Part shown: positions 26,134-32,000 of the stretch, piece after piece
Layout: each line of letters begins with the position of its first letter
Position numbering within the stretch: the stretch's first letter is position 1
DNA from: Moraxella nasicaprae
GTDB lineage: Bacteria; Pseudomonadota; Gammaproteobacteria; Pseudomonadales; Moraxellaceae
Direction of reading: 5' to 3'
Assembly: GCF_025643275.1 (NCBI RefSeq)
Contig: NZ_CP089977.1
Coordinates: 870,001 to 902,000 of the forward strand
DNA length: 32,000 nucleotides
The notes under the pieces: model-generated
Database searches by the model: none
Told to the model about the DNA's origin: nothing
Seen by the model: the letters and a program-made list of their open reading frames with translations, nothing else
Program-made: the position numbers and the translations under genes

Positions 26134-26742
26134 TCATCGATAATACGCATTATCCGAGATGCTGTGGTCGGTATCATCGACCACTTGGGTCAGCTCTGGA
26201 ATTTGCTGTTTTAGCTGAACTTCCACGCCTTGACGCAAAGTCACATCGACCGCTGAACAACCCTGACAACCACCGCCAAATTTAAGCACCGCTGTCAAGC
26301 CTGCCTCATCTTCAATGACTTCAATCAGCTCCACCGAACCGCCATGGCTGGCAAGGCTTGGGTTAATCTCTGCTTGTAGTACATAGTTGATGCGTTCTTC
26401 AATGCTGGCATTTTCGCCCACTTGGGGTACTTTTGAGTTAGGAGCTCGGAAAGTCAGCTGTCCGCCAAAACGGTCTTTGTTATAATCAATCACCGCATCG
26501 TGCAGATAAGGAATGCTTGGCGTGTCAATGTGGGCAGTGAATTTGGCATAAGCGATTTGCAAATCGTCCTCGTCCACTTCGTCAGGTTGGCAATAACTCA
26601 TGCAACATTCGGCACGAGGTGTACCAGGATATTCCACAAAAATACGCACCCCAATGCCCTCGACTTCCTGCTTGGCAAGCAATTCAGCAAGATAATCTTG
26701 GGCAGATTCGGTGATTTTGATATTACTGGTTAATTCACTCAT
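26134..26742 (-). CDS. nfuA: Fe-S cluster biogenesis protein NfuA
   Basis: The 202-aa ORF has an IscA-like N-terminal half and an Nfu C-terminal half with [14 protein letters not shown] (CxxC). Confidence 0.92.
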   Translation of the reverse strand: MSELTSNIKITESAQDYLAELLAKQEVEGIGVRIFVEYPGTPRAECCMSYCQPDEVDEDDLQIAYAKFTAHIDTPSIPYLHDAVIDYNKDRFGGQLTFRAPNSKVPQVGENASIEERINYVLQAEINPSLASHGGSVELIEVIEDEAGLTAVLKFGGGCQGCSAVDVTLRQGVEVQLKQQIPELTQVVDDTDHSISDNAYYR

Positions 26743-26880
26743 AAGATACTCTTTATTATCAAATAATGGTCAATGTCCCAACAGGTGCAACACGATTGCT
26801 TATATGGTAACATAGCTTTGATTTATCAAGAACGATTTTTGGTAATTTTTCAATTTTATCACACCAAATAAGGATAATAA

Positions 26881-27903
26881 ATGAATCAATCATTCGACCA
26901 TCTGGTGTTCATCGGTCGTTTTCAGCCTTTTCATCAAGGGCATCATTTTGTGGTCAAGACCGCCCTTGCACACGCCAAATCGGTCGTCATGCTCATCGGC
27001 TCGGCAAATACACCACGCACCATCAAAAATCCTTTCACGCTTGATGAACGCAAACAGATGATTTTGGGCAGTTTTTCGCCAGAAGAACAAGCCAGAATCA
27101 TCTGCGTTGGTGTCAATGATACGCTGTATAATGACCATCGCTGGCTACAAGACATTCAACACGCCATACATAGTGTTGTCCCTACCGATGCTCGCATTGG
27201 CATCATTGGGCATCATAAAGACGCCAGTTCGTATTATTTATCATTATTTCCACAGTACGACAGTTTTTTGGTGGATAATTATCAAGCATTGTCCGCCACG
27301 CCCTTGCGACACGCCTATTTTGGCGATGACCCCATCGCTTATCAGCACGCCTTTGATAAACTGACCGACAGCAGCCAAGCCTTTTTGCACAAGTTTTATC
27401 AGACACCTGACTATCAAAAACTAAAACAAGAATATCGCCACATCAAAGCGTATCAAGACAGCTACAAAGACAGCCCTTATCCGCCCAGTTTCATCACCGC
27501 AGATGCTGTGGTGGTACAATCTGGGCATATTTTATTGATTGAGCGAGGCGGTGACTATGGCAAAGGACTGTATGCCTTGCCTGGTGGTTTTGTGGATAAT
27601 AACGAGACTTTTTTGGCGGCGGCGGTGCGTGAGCTTGGCGAAGAAACAGGTTTGAACCTAAGCCTAGAAGAAGCCACGCACCATCTAAAATCCGCCCAAC
27701 TGTTTGATGACCCTACTCGCAGTGCCAGAGGGCGAACCGTCACGATGGCGTATCATTTTGAATTACCAGCAAGAAATACTTTGCCAGTCGTGACTGGGGC
27801 AGATGATGCTTGTCGTGCATTTTGGCTGCCTTTGCATGAGTTGGACGCTGGGCAAATGTTTGAAGACCATCATGCCATCATTTGTCAATTACTCAAAATC
27901 TGA
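26881..27903 (+). CDS. nadM: Bifunctional NMN adenylyltransferase / Nudix hydrolase (NadM-Nudix)
   Basis: The N-terminus has the GRFQPFHQGH (GxFxPxHxGH) nucleotidyltransferase motif. The C-terminal Nudix box GGFVDNNETFLAAAVRELGEETGL fits GX5EX7REUXEEXGU. Confidence 0.9.
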   Translation: MNQSFDHLVFIGRFQPFHQGHHFVVKTALAHAKSVVMLIGSANTPRTIKNPFTLDERKQMILGSFSPEEQARIICVGVNDTLYNDHRWLQDIQHAIHSVVPTDARIGIIGHHKDASSYYLSLFPQYDSFLVDNYQALSATPLRHAYFGDDPIAYQHAFDKLTDSSQAFLHKFYQTPDYQKLKQEYRHIKAYQDSYKDSPYPPSFITADAVVVQSGHILLIERGGDYGKGLYALPGGFVDNNETFLAAAVRELGEETGLNLSLEEATHHLKSAQLFDDPTRSARGRTVTMAYHFELPARNTLPVVTGADDACRAFWLPLHELDAGQMFEDHHAIICQLLKI

Positions 27904-27908
27904 CGCAA

Positions 27909-27942
27909 ACTGACAAGCAGCTAGACCAAACTGCTTGTCAGT
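27909..27942. terminator. 12-bp perfect hairpin between convergent genes (weak U-tract)
   Basis: ACTGACAAGCAG-loop(10)-CTGCTTGTCAGT. Only a short TTT follows on the minus strand. Confidence 0.45.
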
Positions 27943-27961
27943 CTATCCATGATGTAAAAAA

Positions 27962-28921
27962 CTAAAATACTGCCTCCACACGAGAAAATAAGGCGATATG
28001 ATGGTCTTTGTCTTGGCTTTTATTATTATAATAACTGGCATCGCCCTGCACAAACAACCAATCACGCCATACAGGCTGACGATAGCTAAGATAAGGCCCC
28101 CAGACATTCAGGTCGGATTTTTTATCAACAATCTCGCCACCTGTGTACAGACCATAGCTAAAACTGCGAGTGCCAAGTGAGGCCGCCCAATCGTGCTGCT
28201 GGTACAAACTGTTGCTCCAATTTAGATTTTCGCCATCATGATTGGTATAATGCAAATGTGAACGATTGATGAGCGTGCGAGTATCAGACTGTGGCTGGCT
28301 AAATTCTAGCGTGGATAGTAGCATATGCTCGCTTTGGCTGCCATAGCGATACATCTGCTCAAAACGGCTGTCAATATTGTGCGGTAATTGCCAAGATTTT
28401 TCGGCTTTTAGACGGACGAACACATCATCAGAACGCACGCCCAAATCCACATCTAGCCCTGCATTTTTGCGAAACTTCGACCAACGCAGTGCCAATGAGG
28501 AGTTTTCATCTTTGGTACGGCGACGGTCAAAAGCCCTATCATCTGTATTGGGTATGGCTACTCGGTCATCATTATAGATACCACCGCCCATTTCATTATC
28601 CAGATTTTCATCACCAAACACCACGCTTAGACGGTCTTCTAGGCTTGGCAAACGCACTTTGGCACGCACACGAGGCTTGATGGTCGTACCATCATACTCA
28701 TTCCAAGTGCTATCTAACATCACTCGCAACTTGATGCGTGCTTCTTTGTTAGAATCGCCAAACCAATTATCCATGTGATTGACCGTACTAGACAGCCAAT
28801 TTTTGGTGTGGCGATGACCTTTGTCCAGCCAAGTTTGCTGTGTGCTGACAGACTCGCCTGCCAATGCTGGCATACTGCCTAACCCAACCAGCACCATCAG
28901 GCATGATTTGATTGATTGCAC
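27962..28921 (-). CDS. Putative outer-membrane beta-barrel protein, family unassigned
   Basis: A GTG start at 28921 gives the signal peptide MQSIKSCLMVLVGLGSMPALA. The composition alternates and is rich in aromatic residues, D and R. The C-terminus VEAVF ends in Phe. The tracked ORF begins at TTG 28960. Confidence 0.6.
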   Translation of the reverse strand: MQSIKSCLMVLVGLGSMPALAGESVSTQQTWLDKGHRHTKNWLSSTVNHMDNWFGDSNKEARIKLRVMLDSTWNEYDGTTIKPRVRAKVRLPSLEDRLSVVFGDENLDNEMGGGIYNDDRVAIPNTDDRAFDRRRTKDENSSLALRWSKFRKNAGLDVDLGVRSDDVFVRLKAEKSWQLPHNIDSRFEQMYRYGSQSEHMLLSTLEFSQPQSDTRTLINRSHLHYTNHDGENLNWSNSLYQQHDWAASLGTRSFSYGLYTGGEIVDKKSDLNVWGPYLSYRQPVWRDWLFVQGDASYYNNKSQDKDHHIALFSRVEAVF

Positions 28922-29025
28922 GACTTGATACTCTCTTTTGATGTCTTTTTTTAAAGCCAATCTAGCATACTGGATTTTTCATCACTTGAAAAGCAAAAAA
29001 TCATCAGATTTGCCCAAGCCATCAC

Positions 29026-29059
29026 AAAAAACCGCCCAAATCATGTATGTCTGAGCGGT
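29026..29059 (-). terminator. Probable rho-independent terminator of ssb
   Basis: On the minus strand, ACCGC-TCA...TGGGCGGT forms a stem with one mismatch, followed by T6. Confidence 0.4.
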
Positions 29060-29095
29060 AAGATTTGATAAACTTGATGCTAAAATGGCATCATC

Positions 29096-29848
29096 TTAGA
29101 ATGGAATGTCATCGTCAGCGATGCCTGCTGCTGGATTGATGGCGTTTTGTTCAGGCATTGGTGGCGTGCCAGATTTTGGCGTGCTTGGGGCAGACGCTTG
29201 GGCATTAGGCGTGTGATTAGGCGTATTAAAAGAATGAACCTGTGCCGTATTATTGCCAGACGCCCCCATGCCGCCTTGTGGGTAATTGGTATTATTGTGC
29301 GGTGCTGATGGATAGCCATAGTCATGCTGAGGCGATTGACTTGGGGCGTTAAATTGATTGTGGCTGTTTCGATTATAGCCACCTTGCTGATGATTTTGAT
29401 TGCCAAAATTACCATTATTGCCGCCATTGTACTGATTGTTATAACCGCCATTATAACCACCTTGACCGCCATAATTGCCATTGCCACCATAGCCGCCTTG
29501 ACCGCCATTATCGTTATTGGAGCTAAGCATACGCATCTCAGAAGCTCGAATTTCGGTAGAATAGCGTTCCACCCCTTGTTGGTCTTGGTATTTGCGAGTG
29601 TGCAAACTACCCTCGACATAGACAAGGCTACCTTTACGCAGGTATTGAGCAGCGATTTCGCCTAAACGGTTGAACAAACTGATGCGATGCCATTCAGTGC
29701 TTTCACGGCGTTCGCCTGTATTTTTATCCGTCCAGCGTTCTGATGTTGCCACGCTGATGTTGGTAACACCGCCACCATTTGGGAATTGGCGAACCTCTGG
29801 GTCATTGCCCAAACGACCAATGATAATCACTTTATTCATGCTACTCAT
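29096..29848 (-). CDS. ssb: Single-stranded DNA-binding protein with an unusually long G/N/Q/Y-rich linker
   Basis: The OB-fold N-terminus reads [39 protein letters not shown]...TEWHRISLF. The acidic tip is DDDIPF. A low-complexity linker of about 130 aa lies between them. The start is ATG 29848 (or 29839), not the tracked 29884. Confidence 0.95.
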   Translation of the reverse strand: MSSMNKVIIIGRLGNDPEVRQFPNGGGVTNISVATSERWTDKNTGERRESTEWHRISLFNRLGEIAAQYLRKGSLVYVEGSLHTRKYQDQQGVERYSTEIRASEMRMLSSNNDNGGQGGYGGNGNYGGQGGYNGGYNNQYNGGNNGNFGNQNHQQGGYNRNSHNQFNAPSQSPQHDYGYPSAPHNNTNYPQGGMGASGNNTAQVHSFNTPNHTPNAQASAPSTPKSGTPPMPEQNAINPAAGIADDDIPF

Positions 29849-30044
29849 AACAATACCTATACTTTTTTTATGAACAAACAACAATCCACTTGATGATTGA
29901 TGTTGCTACTTTACCCAAACTTGCAAAAAAATACCAGTCTTTTGTGCAAAAAGAGTGTGTTTTTGTACCTCGACCATGCAAATGGTGTTGGCAAAGCAGC
30001 CATCATTTTGGTCAAAACAGCATCACAAATCAGCAAGAAATATC

Positions 30045-32000
30045 CTATTTTTGGAGCAGTGGTTTTAAAAATCTTCCTGTATGCGACTTCTCATCGTCCG
30101 CCACCTGCTCAGGCGTACCTTGTGCCACAATCTGACCACCGCCATCTCCGCCTTCATAGCCTAAGTCCACCACCCAATCTGCCGTCTTAATCACATCTAA
30201 ATTATGCTCAATGACCACCACTGTGTTACCTTTATCTCTGAGTGTGTGTAAAATCGTGAGCAATTTGGCAATGTCTTCAAAATGCAGCCCTGTGGTTGGT
30301 TCATCTAGGATATACAGCGTTGCCCCTGTGTCTCTTTTGGCAAGTTCTTTGGCAAGTTTGACCCTTTGGGCTTCGCCACCAGAGAGCGTGGTTGCCGATT
30401 GCCCAAGGCGAATATAATCCAAACCCACTTCTGCTAAGGCTTGCAGTCTTCTATGAATGGCTGGAATCGCCTCAAAAAATACCAAAGCCTCTTCCACCGT
30501 CATATCAAGAACATCACTGATAGATTTACCCTTGTATTTGACTTCTAAGGTTTCACGGTTATAGCGTTTGCCATGACACGCATCGCACGGCACATACATA
30601 TCAGGCAAAAAGTGCATTTCTACCTTAATCATACCATCGCCTTGACATACTTCACAGCGACCGCCTTTGACATTAAAACTAAACCGCCCTGCCTTATAGC
30701 CCCTTGCCCTTGCATCTTCGGTTTGGGTGTATAGGTCTCGGATAAGCGTAAATACCCCCGTATAAGTGGCAGGATTACTTCTTGGCGTTCTGCCAATCGG
30801 ACTTTGGTCAATGTCCACCATCTTATCCAAATGGTCAAGCCCTGTGATGCTGTCATACTTTTCAGGCACAAGCGTGGTGGCATTATTGAGCGTGGTGGCT
30901 GCCAGCGGCATGAGCGTGCGGTTAATCAGCGTGGATTTGCCAGAGCCTGACACCCCTGTAATACAAGTCATCACACCCACAGGAATGGACAGATTGACAT
31001 TTTTTAGGTTGTTGCCACAAGCACCATTGAGGCGGATAAACTGTGGTTCATCAACGGTCTGCTTGCCTTTTTTGACAGTATGCAACTTAGGGGTGTGACG
31101 CACGCTTGGTACAGCAATTTTGCGTTTGCCAGACAGATACTCGCCCGTCAAAGAGCCTGCGGTATTGGCAACCTGCTCGGCAGTACCTTGGGCAATCACT
31201 CGACCGCCATGCACACCTGCCCCCACGCCAATGTCGATGATGTGGTCAGCTTGACGAATGGCGTCCTCATCATGCTCCACAACCACCACCGTATTACCCA
31301 AATCCCTTAGATGGGTAAGTGTCGATAGCAAGCGGTCATTATCCCTTTGGTGCAGACCAATGGACGGCTCATCAAGCACATACATCACGCCCATCAAGCC
31401 TGCCCCAATTTGGCTTGCCAAGCGGATACGCTGAGCTTCACCGCCTGACAAGGTCTCAGCACTTCTTGCCAAAGTCAAATAATCTAAGCCCACTTTGTTC
31501 AAAAAGCCAAGCCGTTCACGAATTTCCTTGAAAATCTTATCCGCCACTTCACCTTTTGCCCCTAAGATTTGCAAATTTTCGTAATATTGCCACGCCTCGC
31601 CAATCGGTAAGGTAATGATGTCGCCAATCACTCGCCCATCAACTTGCACATGGCGAGCGATGTCATTCAAACGCACACCATGACAGACATTGCAAGCGGT
31701 ATCAGATAAGTATTGTGCCAATTCATCTCGCACCAAATTACTGGTGGTGGACGCATAACGGCGTTCTAGATACGGCAAAATCCCCTCAAATGGCACTGTC
31801 TTTGTGGTTTTGCGTCCTCGCTCATCAACAAAATTAAACTCAATTTTTTCTTTGCCAGAACCATTGAGAATCAGCTGCTGCTGTTTGGCAGGCAGCTTTT
31901 GCCAAGAGGTATCCATGTCAATGCCAAAATGACGACAAACCGTACCAAGCAGCCCAAAATAATAAGCGTGTTTTTTATCCCAGCCGTGTATCGCTCCTTG
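30045..32000 (-). CDS. uvrA: Excinuclease ABC subunit A (5' end outside the window)
   Basis: It has ABC signatures [12 protein letters not shown] and [12 protein letters not shown], Walker [11 protein letters not shown], and zinc-finger cysteines CxxC...CxxC. The frame stays open upstream of the tracked Met to position 32000 (…[32 protein letters not shown]). Confidence 0.97.
   Translation of the reverse strand, partial: QGAIHGWDKKHAYYFGLLGTVCRHFGIDMDTSWQKLPAKQQQLILNGSGKEKIEFNFVDERGRKTTKTVPFEGILPYLERRYASTTSNLVRDELAQYLSDTACNVCHGVRLNDIARHVQVDGRVIGDIITLPIGEAWQYYENLQILGAKGEVADKIFKEIRERLGFLNKVGLDYLTLARSAETLSGGEAQRIRLASQIGAGLMGVMYVLDEPSIGLHQRDNDRLLSTLTHLRDLGNTVVVVEHDEDAIRQADHIIDIGVGAGVHGGRVIAQGTAEQVANTAGSLTGEYLSGKRKIAVPSVRHTPKLHTVKKGKQTVDEPQFIRLNGACGNNLKNVNLSIPVGVMTCITGVSGSGKSTLINRTLMPLAATTLNNATTLVPEKYDSITGLDHLDKMVDIDQSPIGRTPRSNPATYTGVFTLIRDLYTQTEDARARGYKAGRFSFNVKGGRCEVCQGDGMIKVEMHFLPDMYVPCDACHGKRYNRETLEVKYKGKSISDVLDMTVEEALVFFEAIPAIHRRLQALAEVGLDYIRLGQSATTLSGGEAQRVKLAKELAKRDTGATLYILDEPTTGLHFEDIAKLLTILHTLRDKGNTVVVIEHNLDVIKTADWVVDLGYEGGDGGGQIVAQGTPEQVADDEKSHTGRFLKPLLQK

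Noticed and set aside
29080-29665. Long ORFs of 181 aa (minus) and 113 aa (plus), rich in I/A/T/M, overlapping ssb.
   Set aside because: They are alternative-frame readings of the repetitive GGN/AAY linker DNA of ssb. They have no start-site signals, and the ssb frame is unambiguous (OB fold plus DDDIPF).
1-32000. A window-wide scan for tRNA, rRNA, CRISPR arrays, IS elements, integrases, phage genes and large defence ATPases or nucleases.
   Set aside because: I found none of the following:
- cloverleaf-like T-arm signatures;
- regularly spaced direct repeats;
- transposase or integrase motifs;
- long terminal inverted repeats.

The only accessory-looking DNA is the glyQ-glyS cassette.

Overview
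This is a gene-dense chromosomal segment from a gammaproteobacterium. Gene content (NadM-Nudix, NadR/PnuC, general porins) and roughly mid-40s %GC suggest Moraxellaceae, possibly Moraxella or Psychrobacter, but I cannot confirm this without a search. Most of the window is housekeeping: two tandem porins, a secreted prolyl oligopeptidase, a PepSY protein, glmU, rnr, rimI, infC (AUU start), upp, glyS, glyQ, nadR-like/pnuC, pgsA, a YhiN-family flavoprotein, an M16C peptidase, a Usp protein, a PfkB kinase, nfuA, nadM-Nudix, an outer-membrane barrel protein, ssb and a partial uvrA. Many gene pairs are separated by clear hairpin terminators. I recognised no rRNA, tRNA, CRISPR array, IS element or integrase. 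The main anomaly is the glycyl-tRNA synthetase operon. glyQ and glyS are separated by a 1.56 kb AT-rich co-directional cassette. It encodes a signal-peptide protein translationally coupled to glyQ, a hyper-acidic low-complexity lipoprotein, and a 57-aa/180-aa pair with an ATGA start/stop overlap. That pair looks like a TacT/AtaT/KacT-type GNAT toxin with a DUF1778-like antitoxin that lacks the DNA-binding head. A decayed duplicate of the antitoxin 5' end also lies in the cassette. All homology statements come from reading motifs and from memory of family sequences, not from database searches.
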